Shown here in pieces: positions 47,094-57,154 of a stretch of DNA of 64,000 nt. The notes beneath the pieces were generated by a model. That model saw only the letters and a program-made list of their open reading frames with translations. It made no database searches and was not told the DNA's origin. How positions within the stretch are numbered: position 1 is the first letter of the stretch; every line of letters starts with the position of its first letter. The stretch is from a virus. Where the stretch lies: positions 10,999-74,998 of the IMG/VR virus record IMGVR_UViG_3300033150_000473; one strand, written 5' to 3'. The position numbers and the translations under genes are program-made.

Positions 47094-47751
47094 GGTATGC
47101 TCCTTTTTTCACAATGCACGGACGTGCATTAGTCAGCGGCGCAACGCTCACCGCCACGGGGATGTCGTTGTCAGCGAACCGTGCGCCTCCGTCTTCCTCA
47201 ATAATGATAGAGTACCTGGTCTTGCCCGCAATCTCGATCCAGTTTAGGTTTCCTTCACGGCGCACCCAGTACGGCGGCCCAAACGGTTTGCCGTCGTTTC
47301 CGGCCCTGAGTAGCCGTAACTTGTGGGCGTTAGCCCCCTCTGCCAGGGCCGTCAGCAACCTGTTAATCGGATTGGGCCACAACAATGCTTCTTTGTACAG
47401 GTCGGTCGGCACGTCAGGGTAACGCTGGGCAATCGAGAACGTTACAGCAGCCTTGGCTCGGTACTCCACTGTGCGTGCTTTGCAACCAAAAGTCTCCCCG
47501 ATCCTGCGCTTGACCAACATGGTGCGGCCAAACTTCCGCAACAGGGCCTCGGCCACGTCGCCGCTGACCCACCAGAGATACCGTTGCCCAGCTTCCAGGA
47601 GAGCCACAAACGGCAACGCTTCGTTCAGCGTCTCGAAGCAAGACATCCAGTGTTCGATGCGTGGAAACTGCCAGGAGGTCTCGTCTCTGACGGACTGAGT
47701 TACGAGGCTGAGGGCATCGCCTAGAGGGTCTACCAGGCTATTCTGGGGCAT
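47086..47751 (-). CDS. hypothetical protein
   Basis: 221-aa ORF coupled to neighbours. Confidence 0.6.
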   Translation of the reverse strand: MPQNSLVDPLGDALSLVTQSVRDETSWQFPRIEHWMSCFETLNEALPFVALLEAGQRYLWWVSGDVAEALLRKFGRTMLVKRRIGETFGCKARTVEYRAKAAVTFSIAQRYPDVPTDLYKEALLWPNPINRLLTALAEGANAHKLRLLRAGNDGKPFGPPYWVRREGNLNWIEIAGKTRYSIIIEEDGGARFADNDIPVAVSVAPLTNARPCIVKKGAYHE

Positions 47752-48172
47752 CGGTATCTTCCCGATACTGTTCCCATTCTGGGGGCGTCATCATTGTAAT
47801 TGCCCCATGCTGTCGTACAGGGATACAGGCATCTATGCGTTCAGAGACTAGATACCCATCGTGGTTTTTGGGAACGCTACGCAGGGGTATCCGCCCGTTC
47901 CACCACTCTGCCAGCGCCCCAAGCAACGCCGCACGACAACTCTTGCAGATACGCAGATACCAGCCGCGTTCCTCTAGCCCCTCTACCAAACGCAAGCTGA
48001 TAGCGTCGGGGACGGCTTCGCTAACGTCATAGCCACACGAGATGATTAGACTGCGTTTGTCTGCGCCGTGGGCGTGACAAAGCATACACAAATCATGGTC
48101 GAGCGCCTCAAACCGTTTGGCGTCGTCTTCGTTGCGCTTCCGTGTTTGTTCCAAGATGTCTTGGATACTCAT
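47738..48172 (-). CDS. hypothetical Zn-binding protein
   Basis: Two CxxC; ATGA overlap. Confidence 0.6.
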   Translation of the reverse strand: MSIQDILEQTRKRNEDDAKRFEALDHDLCMLCHAHGADKRSLIISCGYDVSEAVPDAISLRLVEGLEERGWYLRICKSCRAALLGALAEWWNGRIPLRSVPKNHDGYLVSERIDACIPVRQHGAITMMTPPEWEQYREDTDAPE

Positions 48173-49383
48173 TGTGTTGCCTCCCTCTTACACTTGCAAT
48201 CCATCACGCAATCCTCGAAGATAAGCTGCACGTCCTCCAGCACTGGCGTTGGCCCAGGTGTACTTGTTGCCTCTGGCGTACTGGACGGGGTGCTCGTCGG
48301 CGTCCTCGTTGGCTCTGGCGTACTCGTTGGCGTCTCTGTTGCCTCTGGCGTGCAGGTGGCTGACGGGGTTGGCGTCCATGTCGGCACACCCAGCGCCATC
48401 TCCATCCACGCTGCGCCCACGAGAGTCAGCGTGTCACTGTTGCGATTGGCGAACAGGTTCGAGGACATCCCCTCCGTGTGCGTGGAGTACCATAGATGGC
48501 TCTCGATCCACTCCTGCATCTCCAGCCACGGCCACATGTCGCGCAGGAACTGAGCTACGCGTTGCACTTCATCGGGGCTATCGTTCCAGTCGCTCAGGAC
48601 GCCCCACTCGGAGACGATGATGACCTTGTCTTTCAGGTATTCCGGCCAGCCACAGGGCATGTTCTCGTTTAGTTCTACGGTATTCAAGATGCGTTGCTGT
48701 ACCAATTTAGCATCAAAGCGGGTAGCAAAGTCACCGTAGAAGTGATAATGGAGTCCGTCCATCGGCGGAAACATCCTGTACTCATCCGTGTACCGCTGGA
48801 AGAACTCTGACATCCAGTGCTCGTTCGCCTGTGGACTTCCAGTGCCGCAACAGTAGACCCTGGAAGTCGGGTCAGCTTCTTTGAGCGCATGGTACACGTC
48901 GTGGTAGACTTGAATGGCTGTCTCGGGATAGCAACATGACTGGTCTGGATTGCCGGGCTCGTTGAAGATCAACCATCGCAATCCTGGATGGTCAATAGCA
49001 AAGACGCGCAACCGTTCCAGGTCAACTTTGTCCCACGACTTGCCAGATGTGCCGCAGCCCCATTGCATCGGCAGGTACTCGATGTCTCCTAGTGGCGCTA
49101 TGGCTCGCTCAAGATAATTCCAGTTGTGCGCTGACTGGACGCCCATCTCGGTGAACCGATCAACGTATGCCGCGGGCGCACCGGCCCAAGCGACGCCACC
49201 CTTGTGTGCCCGTTGGAGCAATGGCACATAAAGCTCAGCCTGGGTATCGTATGCGACCATACGAGCATCGCGGGTCTTATAAGCATAGACCAAATAGGCC
49301 GCTGCGACTAGAGCCAACACGAAAACAACCCACTTGATACGAACAGCCAAAGCGTCAAGTTCCTCTTTTGTTTCAAACATCAC
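48169..49383 (-). CDS. membrane-anchored clan GH-A glycoside hydrolase (GH128-like) with PT tail
   Basis: N-terminal TM; YLPMQWG, FNEP, HYHFY, IVSEWG; C-terminal PT repeats. Confidence 0.8.
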   Translation of the reverse strand: MMFETKEELDALAVRIKWVVFVLALVAAAYLVYAYKTRDARMVAYDTQAELYVPLLQRAHKGGVAWAGAPAAYVDRFTEMGVQSAHNWNYLERAIAPLGDIEYLPMQWGCGTSGKSWDKVDLERLRVFAIDHPGLRWLIFNEPGNPDQSCCYPETAIQVYHDVYHALKEADPTSRVYCCGTGSPQANEHWMSEFFQRYTDEYRMFPPMDGLHYHFYGDFATRFDAKLVQQRILNTVELNENMPCGWPEYLKDKVIIVSEWGVLSDWNDSPDEVQRVAQFLRDMWPWLEMQEWIESHLWYSTHTEGMSSNLFANRNSDTLTLVGAAWMEMALGVPTWTPTPSATCTPEATETPTSTPEPTRTPTSTPSSTPEATSTPGPTPVLEDVQLIFEDCVMDCKCKREATQ

Positions 49384-49850
49384 GTCTCCTCTCTAGCAGG
49401 TGTTGGCCCTGTCTGGCCCGCGTAACGCCCAGCATAAGGCTTAGACGGCATACCCATTGTCACATGAAACACTATCTGAAATATGCGTTGGCCTGCGCGT
49501 AGTTCGATAGGCCGATGGGTATGCAACTCTGCGGTAATTGTACCAAAGAAACCTGGATCAACCCAGCCAGCCAAAGAATGGTCAAGCCCCAATCTCGCAA
49601 ATGTGGATTTGAGGCAGATACTTCCCGCAACGTTCTTGGGCATCCTGATGTACTCCAACGTTGTAGCCAAGATAGCACAGCCAGGGACTAAGAGTGCCTT
49701 TGTGGCAGAAAACGGAGCCATGGTATTCATGTCTATGAACTCTGATCCTAACCGCAAGTCTAGCGATGCAGTGTTTACACAGGCGGCGTCATACGGTTCT
49801 ATACCGCCAGCCGCAGCCCATTCACGGATCAGAACGTCGTGCCAGATCAT
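49380..49850 (-). CDS. dcd: dCTP deaminase
   Basis: ASLDLRLG, KSTFARLG, AGWVDPGFFGTITAE, YAGQ. Confidence 0.9.
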   Translation of the reverse strand: MIWHDVLIREWAAAGGIEPYDAACVNTASLDLRLGSEFIDMNTMAPFSATKALLVPGCAILATTLEYIRMPKNVAGSICLKSTFARLGLDHSLAGWVDPGFFGTITAELHTHRPIELRAGQRIFQIVFHVTMGMPSKPYAGRYAGQTGPTPAREET

Positions 49851-50416
49851 AGATCACCGAAAGCGTACGGGGCTTCTACGCGCAGGATGTCCAATATCCT
49901 GCTGCACATGTCTCGTATCTCCCATTGAGCATGTGGGTTTTTAGCACGTATCTTTACCAGCCACCGCCACTGTTCCAGGTTCGTCGTCACTTTCAAGAAC
50001 GTCCCCGTGGACAACGGCAGGCTGTATCGGGCATCTTCCCGTGGCACACCACCGGCCACCATATCGTCGTAAAAGTTTTGGGCAATATCCAAGAACATTG
50101 TCCACCGATCACCAAACCCTTTGTCTTGAATGGTCTGTGGACACACAAACCCCGTTGGCGCAACACGTCGCTGACTCTCCACCGACAGGGCCAGGAAGTT
50201 GTGCCGTCCCAACTGTGCCAAACAGGCCCGACTGATGCCAGTGACATTGAACGTAGCAGAGGCTTGTCGTAGAGGGGACAAGTGCCCCTTGGCTATGAGC
50301 CCAGGGATGTCCTCCACCCTAACTCTTTGTTTTCCGCGTCCACCGTAGCAGTCGGCGTACGATTCAGCGATGAGTTCCTCGGCATTGGGCGTAATGGATC
50401 GGAGTTCTACTTTCAT
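49847..50416 (-). CDS. thyX: flavin-dependent thymidylate synthase
   Basis: GHLSP, ISRACLAQLGRH-x7-SQR, EDARY, HAQWEIR; start at MKVELR. Confidence 0.92.
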   Translation of the reverse strand: MKVELRSITPNAEELIAESYADCYGGRGKQRVRVEDIPGLIAKGHLSPLRQASATFNVTGISRACLAQLGRHNFLALSVESQRRVAPTGFVCPQTIQDKGFGDRWTMFLDIAQNFYDDMVAGGVPREDARYSLPLSTGTFLKVTTNLEQWRWLVKIRAKNPHAQWEIRDMCSRILDILRVEAPYAFGDL

Positions 50417-50949
50417 TGCCCTCTCTCCTCTTTCTGTAATACAGCGTACCCAGCCCCAGCGATAGCCACGGCCATTTCCATGTCGTACTCTCCAGCCACC
50501 TGCGGCAACTTGTCCGCGCCTTTGTACTCCGAGCGCACGAAGATTGCCACGTCCTCCGTGCTCGCTGCGCCGTAGCCCGTGGCGTGGAGTTTCACCGAGG
50601 ACGGGTTGACCGGCTCGACGCGAATACCGAGCCCGTCTGCCCGCTCTTTCAAGAACGTGATCAGGCACTGCATGTGCGCCCCACCACGACCTCTGGCGCG
50701 GACGTCCTCGATGGCAACCATGTCGGGCGACCGATCATAAACCTCTTTGCAGTGGAGTGCCATCCTTGCAAAGCTCATAGTCCAATTAGTCAAGCGTTGC
50801 TCAAGCCTATGGGCTTCGACGCGCTCATCACAGAAACCAAGCAGTTCGCGCCCAGGGAACTCCACCAGTGCCATCGCCATCGGCTTCCCCTTAGCCAGCC
50901 CGGGGTCTATGCCCAGGATCAGTATGGATTGATTTGGCATCTTGGACAC
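50413..50949 (-). CDS. ruvC: RuvC-like Holliday junction resolvase
   Basis: ILGIDPG, VAIED, VKLHATGYG.A motifs. Confidence 0.85.
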   Translation of the reverse strand: MSKMPNQSILILGIDPGLAKGKPMAMALVEFPGRELLGFCDERVEAHRLEQRLTNWTMSFARMALHCKEVYDRSPDMVAIEDVRARGRGGAHMQCLITFLKERADGLGIRVEPVNPSSVKLHATGYGAASTEDVAIFVRSEYKGADKLPQVAGEYDMEMAVAIAGAGYAVLQKEERGQ

Positions 50950-51329
50950 ACCTTCACGAAGTTGTGATCAATCACCATAGGCGGCGCAGGCCAGCCTACC
51001 GTGGTGAAGTCGCGGATCCCCATGTTTCGCCCGCACTTCTCGCACTGCACGTTGCGCAGGTGGTCGCCCATGTCTTCCAGGAGCAGATCAGGCGTATCGT
51101 AGAGACACTTCTCGATCAACGCCTCTCGTTCATTAGGCGTAACCAGCGCAAAAATCTTCGACAGATTCTGCGCTGACGGCGCTTGGTGTCCATTTTCCCA
51201 GCGGCTTATGGCTTCTGGGTAGACTCCCAGGTACTTGGCAAGCTCTACCTGTGTCATCATCATTCGCTTTCTCACCGCCTTCAGCCATCGGGCCATGATG
51301 CCCAGGAACACGTCGTCGTTTTTAGCCAT
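50919..51329 (-). CDS. XRE-family HTH regulator
   Basis: MTQVELAKYLGV...ISRWENG. Confidence 0.85.
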   Translation of the reverse strand: MAKNDDVFLGIMARWLKAVRKRMMMTQVELAKYLGVYPEAISRWENGHQAPSAQNLSKIFALVTPNEREALIEKCLYDTPDLLLEDMGDHLRNVQCEKCGRNMGIRDFTTVGWPAPPMVIDHNFVKVCPRCQINPY

Positions 51330-51696
51330 CAGGCTCTCCTTTCATTTTTCTCTCGCCCTCCCATGCTGTAACCCAGGGGCGTTGTGGTGGGTCATAGCCG
51401 CCTTTGTAGGCATAGCCTTCAGCCGCAGCCTGCTTGATGATATCGGCGGTGGACAAAGGTCCTTCTCCCTTCGTGGCTGCCAGGGCCCGGCGCTTCTTCA
51501 GTTCTTCCAAGAGGCGGATGGCTGTCTTGACGTCAGTCTCAAAGTCTCCGTCTCCTACACCAACTTCGTCCCTGAAGTTGGCCACGAGGAAGTTAGTCAG
51601 CACCTTGTCTTGGTCTCTCAAACGGAATACTTTGCTCTCTAATTCTTCAATCTCTCCCACCATCTCAAGATATACCTCAACGCAATCGTGGTTCAT
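51322..51696 (-). CDS. hypothetical protein
   Basis: AAGGAG RBS before MNHDCVE. Confidence 0.55.
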   Translation of the reverse strand: MNHDCVEVYLEMVGEIEELESKVFRLRDQDKVLTNFLVANFRDEVGVGDGDFETDVKTAIRLLEELKKRRALAATKGEGPLSTADIIKQAAAEGYAYKGGYDPPQRPWVTAWEGERKMKGEPDG

Positions 51697-51995
51697 TCCG
51701 CTTCTCCTTTCGTTACGTAGACATCCAGCCACCCAGTAGCGTGTTGTATCATGCTCACTGCCCCCGACACCGCAAACGCCCAGACACCGATGCGGATCAG
51801 CCAGTGATCCTGTCTCACAGCAACTACTGTCACCAGAGAGCACCAGAACCCCATGCAGTGCGGACATCCAAAGAGTTCATCCAGCAGCCGATGCTTGTTC
51901 GCTAACCAATCGGTCACCGGAGACAGGAGATCATCCCAGACCACCAGTTGCGTCAGCCTCCAGGCGCAGAGGACGGCGAGGATCAGGTCAGTCAT
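51693..51995 (-). CDS. DUF1360-like membrane protein
   Basis: WRLTQLVVWD...ELFGCPHCMGFW. Confidence 0.75.
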   Translation of the reverse strand: MTDLILAVLCAWRLTQLVVWDDLLSPVTDWLANKHRLLDELFGCPHCMGFWCSLVTVVAVRQDHWLIRIGVWAFAVSGAVSMIQHATGWLDVYVTKGEAE

Positions 51996-52004
51996 CGTAT
52001 GCCT

Positions 52005-52643
52005 CTAGCGCGGCCTCTCTCCGTCATGTATGCTGAACCTAACTACCCAAGTCCAGGGGTTTGTCTTCCACCCAAAACCCCGTTTGGCATTCAACTCATC
52101 CCACAACGCCTTAAAGCCCCACCTCATTGTGCCTGCAAACTCCGCAATAATCCTTTGCCTATCAGCGGGACTGTCCTTGTTGAACGGAGGCAACCGGCCG
52201 CGGACACCCTCAGCGAAACAGTCTCGCGAAGTGATGTCCTTCACCCTCTCTACCCGTACCTCCATCACTTCTAGCAAAAGACGGCAGGCCCAGCGGGGCA
52301 TGAAGATTGACGGCAGCACAGACCGTTGCCAGGGCCAATCCTGTGGGTAGTACATCGGATTGCCATCACGGAACACACGAGAACCGTCTGCGAGATACAC
52401 CATTGCCTCTGAATGATGTCCAATGGTCAAGGTCTCCCGCACCCAGAGGCGGTCTCCGCGAATGCCGTAGGGACTGTAAGCAATAGGGATGTCCATAGTT
52501 TCTCCGTCAACTATCCATCCATGCTTCCAGTGTTGCCCTAGCATTGGCTGCGGCTTGATCACGCGTCTCGTTTGCGTTTTCTGGCCAGCGAGTATGGCCC
52601 TCACCATGTCGCCAGTGAACGGGATTGGATGTTCTCTAGTCAT
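52005..52643 (-). CDS. ASCH/PUA-like phage protein
   Basis: MVRAILAGQKTQTRR, GDRLWVRET, PSIFMPRWA, NPWTWV. Confidence 0.85.
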   Translation of the reverse strand: MTREHPIPFTGDMVRAILAGQKTQTRRVIKPQPMLGQHWKHGWIVDGETMDIPIAYSPYGIRGDRLWVRETLTIGHHSEAMVYLADGSRVFRDGNPMYYPQDWPWQRSVLPSIFMPRWACRLLLEVMEVRVERVKDITSRDCFAEGVRGRLPPFNKDSPADRQRIIAEFAGTMRWGFKALWDELNAKRGFGWKTNPWTWVVRFSIHDGERPR

Positions 52644-53263
52644 CGTATGCCTCCAGTGCTGCCAGGGCTTCTAGTACGCCATGACCGTCGTACCGCATTG
52701 GGTCGCCATATTGAGCGAGATACTCGGTGAAAGTCATCCCGCGCCCGCCCATGTAATCCACTTGGATCCGCGCATCCACTCCACACGCCTCAGCCACAGC
52801 CTCCAGGAGACGGAGGCGCTCGGTTGTCTGGCGTCCGTAGACTTTCTTGGTGTCCTTTGGTATAGTCATGGCAACTCCACATATCCTTCCAGTTTGTAGG
52901 CTAACCAACACCAGAAATCGCGGCAGACTTCATAGTCGGCATTGTGCAACTGAGTGCAGTGTCGGTTAAAAGCCCAGTAGATGAACTTACGCAGCAGGTT
53001 ACTCATTGTTCATCTCGTCCAGGGTTCTGCCGTCCCCTTGTGGCAGAGTAGTTAGGTGAAGGCTCTTGGTACGGATCGCTTCGCAGAGATCCTCTTTGCT
53101 GAAATAGTTTTCCGTAGCTTCGCCGTTGCGGACACCGTACCAAAAGAGGTGTCCAAGCACCCAGACAGTACCCAGTTCAAACCCCTTGACAATTTCCGTC
53201 ATCTCTCTCCTCCTCCCACAAACTCAACCGCTACCAGACGCCCAGCAGCCAGCCCCGCCGAGG

Positions 53264-54184
53264 TCACTTCTTCACAGGCCGCGCCAGCGAAAGGACGGCC
53301 TCAATCTCCGCTGACCCTACACCCGCCTGGACTATCATATCGTCTGGCTTGAGGGAGAACGTCGCCACCCGCACGTCCCGTAACCCGCGTTCTACAAACC
53401 CGCGCCCCAATTCCCACGCCCGCCCCTCAGCTCCAGGGTCGAGGCAGACGATTATCTGGCCCACATCAAGCCATTCCATCCACTCTGGTTGCCACTTGGC
53501 ATTCTGCCCCATGATTCCTACTGCCGAGAAACCGGCCTGGTCTAAAACCATGGTCTTGACTTCACCCTCAAGCACTAGTAGCCGCTCGTGCGAGTCGTTC
53601 AAGATCGGGGCATTGAACAGATTGCTGCCAAGACCAGACATCTGTGGCCGGTACTTGCCCCTACCTCCTGGTTGCAGTAGCCTGTGCCGGATGTTCACCA
53701 GGGCGTTGTCGTGTCCAAAGATTGGGATGGTCCTAGACGGACTCTCGTGGTACGTCGGGCACTCAGCAGCATATCCCAAGAGGAAGCGGTCAATCGCTTC
53801 GTCGAAGACTCCCTCGTTAAACCACAGTTCTCTAGTGGCATTGGTGAGATTGCGGTGATAGCGCAGGTGAACGTTGGATGCCCGTAGTCGTTCCAGCTTA
53901 CGCAGCCGCTCATCGTGTTCAATCTGCTTGCGCTCCAGCCGCTTGATGCGCCGTTCCATCTCTCTTAGTTTGTTGTCTCCGAAAGCGTCTTGTTCTCGCA
54001 TTCCCAATGCCTGCATGATCTCTGAAAACGTACATCCGGCAAAACACGTCATTAACAGCGTCCCATCATCCCCCTCGGCAATCGAGAGACTCGCTCTCCT
54101 GTCATCGTGTGCTGGACAACGGGCCATCCAGCCGTTGCTAGTGCGCTTTACACCCTCTAGCCGTTCCAGCACACGGTCTATCAT
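53264..54184 (-). CDS. DNA primase (Zn finger + TOPRIM)
   Basis: CPAHDD...CFAGC; VLEGE; VCLD. Confidence 0.88.
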   Translation of the reverse strand: MIDRVLERLEGVKRTSNGWMARCPAHDDRRASLSIAEGDDGTLLMTCFAGCTFSEIMQALGMREQDAFGDNKLREMERRIKRLERKQIEHDERLRKLERLRASNVHLRYHRNLTNATRELWFNEGVFDEAIDRFLLGYAAECPTYHESPSRTIPIFGHDNALVNIRHRLLQPGGRGKYRPQMSGLGSNLFNAPILNDSHERLLVLEGEVKTMVLDQAGFSAVGIMGQNAKWQPEWMEWLDVGQIIVCLDPGAEGRAWELGRGFVERGLRDVRVATFSLKPDDMIVQAGVGSAEIEAVLSLARPVKK

Positions 54185-55152
54185 TGCGTGTCACTCCAGT
54201 GTGTGTCAATGCTTCTAAGTTCGAGCTCTGCCAGCTTAAGCGTCTGTGGCTCGAACCACATCGCAACAGTAGCACGGCCAGGAGCAAACCGTTCTTTGAG
54301 TTTGCGCACAAGTAACAGTTCAGGAATGACGTTGTACTGCTGTCCGGTTTCCATCTCGATGATAGCGCCCTCCCCTTCTGTGAGGAATGGCCGCCAGAGG
54401 CTAAATAGCTTATCGAACCCCTGTTCTGCACTACTTCCCCACTGGCAGTGTCGCTGCCCAGGCAACTTGACCGCCATGGTATCTACTTCACGAGATGCTT
54501 GAATGCCTACAAACGCAGGCACACCAACAGTCAAGATCAGTTCCTTGATGCGCACCGGCGCTTCTGCTACAGCGGCTATGCGGTCTCGATGGGATTTGAC
54601 GGGCATGATCTGGAGATAGTCCATTAAGAGAAGGGTGGGATGTATACCAAAGTCCTCTTGCATTGTCTCAATAGCGTTGTAGACGACTTCAGCGGTCATT
54701 CTTATACTAGATGGTCGCCCAATTGCCTTACCGATAACGAATATGGGTTGTCGCAAGAGGCCCATCGCTTCCTTCTCGACATCCTTCATCGGGACACACC
54801 CCTTGGCAATATCTGTGACACTGTGCCGGGGACTAGCCAAGAAGAAGTTTGCCAGTTCCTCGCTTGCCGACTCCCATGACACATAGACAACCGTTTCTTC
54901 TTTCTCTTTACCCCTTGCAACTATCCGCTCAGCTTCCCGCTTAGCGAGGATGGCTAACAAGCTAGTTTTCCCCGCGCCTGGTCTGCCTATCAAGCCCACC
55001 ATTTCACCTGGATGGGCAGGGTTCATGTGCTTATCTAGCGCTTTGATACCCCAAGTGATACCAGGTGTCTCGTGGCGGGAACGCGCCCAGTTTATGTACT
55101 CAGAAGCCAACTCTGCCGGAGTGTGAACGAGTCGCCGAACACCAGATAGCAT
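54181..55152 (-). CDS. dnaB: DnaB-like replicative helicase
   Basis: GRPGAGKT, VSWE, LMDYLQ, QASR, KER. Confidence 0.9.
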   Translation of the reverse strand: MLSGVRRLVHTPAELASEYINWARSRHETPGITWGIKALDKHMNPAHPGEMVGLIGRPGAGKTSLLAILAKREAERIVARGKEKEETVVYVSWESASEELANFFLASPRHSVTDIAKGCVPMKDVEKEAMGLLRQPIFVIGKAIGRPSSIRMTAEVVYNAIETMQEDFGIHPTLLLMDYLQIMPVKSHRDRIAAVAEAPVRIKELILTVGVPAFVGIQASREVDTMAVKLPGQRHCQWGSSAEQGFDKLFSLWRPFLTEGEGAIIEMETGQQYNVIPELLLVRKLKERFAPGRATVAMWFEPQTLKLAELELRSIDTHWSDTQ

Positions 55153-55153
55153 G

Positions 55154-56203
55154 TTATTGACCTAGCCTGATAACTTTGGGGCCTGCATCTGCCGCGCTCA
55201 TCGCACAGATTGTTTTCACGATGGAGTTCAAGTCGGCAATAGCAAACTGGTGCTCTTGGCCTCCAGCACGTTCCGCAAAGAAGCTCTGCATTCTACGAAC
55301 GCACTCAGCCGCGCTACCGGTCTCTTGGTACAAGACCTCTGCTGCGTAGGTGGCGCTATCACGTAGCCGCTTGGTCTTTGGGATAGAGATACCTGACAGC
55401 CGTGTAAACTCCGTAAGTATCTGGCCCTGGTAGACGGGAACGTTTCGCCAGGCGGGATCAATGCCGTTGTCGTGCCTCTTCTCGAACTTGGCGATAGCTC
55501 TAGCTGCACCAGCGCGGACATCCTGGGCGGTGCGCTTCTGACGTGGCGGCGGTGTGGTGAAGGAGATAGACTCTTCTGTACTTAGAGACTCTCTTACTCC
55601 AACAGACTCTTCTTTCTCTACGTGGGTTTGTAAAGGTTTTTCCGTAACAACGCCAGCAGGCGTAGAGTCTTCCAAGGGATGTAAACCAAGGGATACAATC
55701 TTGGGCGTACTATATAGTTTTTCGTCGACATACTCATCAGTTTCTCCGGAAAAACTATATAGTTTTTCGGGGTCTTTTTCAGGGGCTACGAGCCAGGTTG
55801 AGAGGGCCTGATAACCCTGTGGGTGCTGATACCTCTCTATGATCTCTGCTGGCACTTCTATAGGTGGGTCAAACACCTCAATCTCAACTGTCCAGTGCAT
55901 TAGTCGCTTAAAGCTTGCCGGACTGGTGATTTTTATGAAACCGCACTCTTCGAGGAGTTGATTAAGTTCTCTCAGGGTATTTGATCCAATTCGGCAGGCT
56001 TTTGCCAGGTCAGCTTGTGTAATGGCTTTGACTACGCCCTCGCGTTCTAGCCGGCAGTACACGCTATACACTGCTACCCCTCTCGCTCCCAAGATAGGCA
56101 ACCAGATGTCGTAGACGTAGTTTGCCACCCTTACCTGTCCCATTCGGTGAGATGTGAACTTTATCCCACCTTGTGGCGTTTTTTCGTACAGTTTGCGTCC
56201 CAT
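55154..56203 (-). CDS. replication initiator protein (HTH)
   Basis: ITQADLAKACRIG...LEECGFI; upstream of the helicase; internal repeats; start MGRKLY. Confidence 0.75.
   Translation of the reverse strand: MGRKLYEKTPQGGIKFTSHRMGQVRVANYVYDIWLPILGARGVAVYSVYCRLEREGVVKAITQADLAKACRIGSNTLRELNQLLEECGFIKITSPASFKRLMHWTVEIEVFDPPIEVPAEIIERYQHPQGYQALSTWLVAPEKDPEKLYSFSGETDEYVDEKLYSTPKIVSLGLHPLEDSTPAGVVTEKPLQTHVEKEESVGVRESLSTEESISFTTPPPRQKRTAQDVRAGAARAIAKFEKRHDNGIDPAWRNVPVYQGQILTEFTRLSGISIPKTKRLRDSATYAAEVLYQETGSAAECVRRMQSFFAERAGGQEHQFAIADLNSIVKTICAMSAADAGPKVIRLGQ
55568..55768. other. putative replication origin inside the initiator gene
   Basis: 20-bp palindrome GAAAAACTATATAGTTTTTC (55749-55768), partial copy at 55709-55724, three AGACTCT repeats. 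Confidence 0.55.
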
Positions 56204-56204
56204 C

Positions 56205-56816
56205 TTAGACCTCCCCGTAGACAACCAGGTTACAGCCAACAGGCTCAGACCATTCTGGGATTGGGCCAAGGGTAAGCGTCAGCCCGTCGGCAGAATAGTT
56301 ATCCTTGTGATTGAAGGGTGGATTTAGCATTGCAATGAAGTAGGCCTCTAGGAGTATTGCGTCAGGCATTGAGTTCGTTTGGACGTACTTCACACTTATT
56401 GGCCGGTTATAGTTGCTAAAGCGCCCAAAACTTGATAGCATCCGTTGACCTAGACGGATACTGCGTCCGACATATAGTGGATCTCCGTCAACGTCCACAA
56501 AGCAGTAGACGCCGCAAACACCTCCTAAGTCTTCAAGCAACTCTATGAAGCCTGGTGTGAGCGTATGCGCGAATTTGAACTCCTCTATGTATTTAGTGCG
56601 TTGTGTTGCTAGCCACTTGAGCACATGTTTTTCTTCTAGGAGTTGTCCTCCGCGGGTTCGGAGTGCATAGGTATAATCGTCGGCCAACCCTGCGTTAAAG
56701 ATTTCTTTCTTATAGAACTGTCCTGATAACAACGCGTCAGTATCTATGCTTGGGCTTTCCCTGATTACCTTGTTGAGATAATTGAAGAAGTGTTTCTCGC
56801 CCTGTATGTAACCCAT
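56205..56816 (-). CDS. protein with C-terminal GIY-YIG (UvrC-like) nuclease domain
   Basis: GVYCF...LYVGRS..L..R...E...I...NPPFN. Confidence 0.85.
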   Translation of the reverse strand: MGYIQGEKHFFNYLNKVIRESPSIDTDALLSGQFYKKEIFNAGLADDYTYALRTRGGQLLEEKHVLKWLATQRTKYIEEFKFAHTLTPGFIELLEDLGGVCGVYCFVDVDGDPLYVGRSIRLGQRMLSSFGRFSNYNRPISVKYVQTNSMPDAILLEAYFIAMLNPPFNHKDNYSADGLTLTLGPIPEWSEPVGCNLVVYGEV

Positions 56817-56960
56817 GATACGTCATCTGCCTCCAAACAAAACGCCCCCACGACAGCAACTCAAGATCGGCATTGTGACGTGACGATGATGAGACACAGG
56901 TCGTGGGGGCGGTATGCGATTGGATTACTGTGTCTATCATCATGTCACGTCACGCTACCC

Positions 56961-56989
56961 ATCGTACCACAGAACTCCAAACTTTGCAA
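56961..56989 (-). promoter_or_regulatory. sigma70-type promoter
   Basis: TTGCAA-17 nt-TACGAT with TGTGG. Confidence 0.7.
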
Positions 56990-56990
56990 G

Positions 56991-57143
56991 TTAGCCTTCC
57001 AGCAGCCTGGCGCAGAGAGCGTCGATCTGTGCATCTTTGCGTGCCACTGTGTTGGTTATGGCCGCCGAGGCGCAACAGCCCATGACGATTGCGCTGAACG
57101 AAGCGGTAAGCGGGATGATGAGTAGTAGCCATAATGGGTTCAT
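56991..57143 (-). CDS. 50-aa single-TM protein (MNPLWLLLIIPL...)
   Basis: GGAGGT RBS; read manually. Confidence 0.6.
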   Translation of the reverse strand: MNPLWLLLIIPLTASFSAIVMGCCASAAITNTVARKDAQIDALCARLLEG

Positions 57144-57154
57144 GTTACCTCCGC

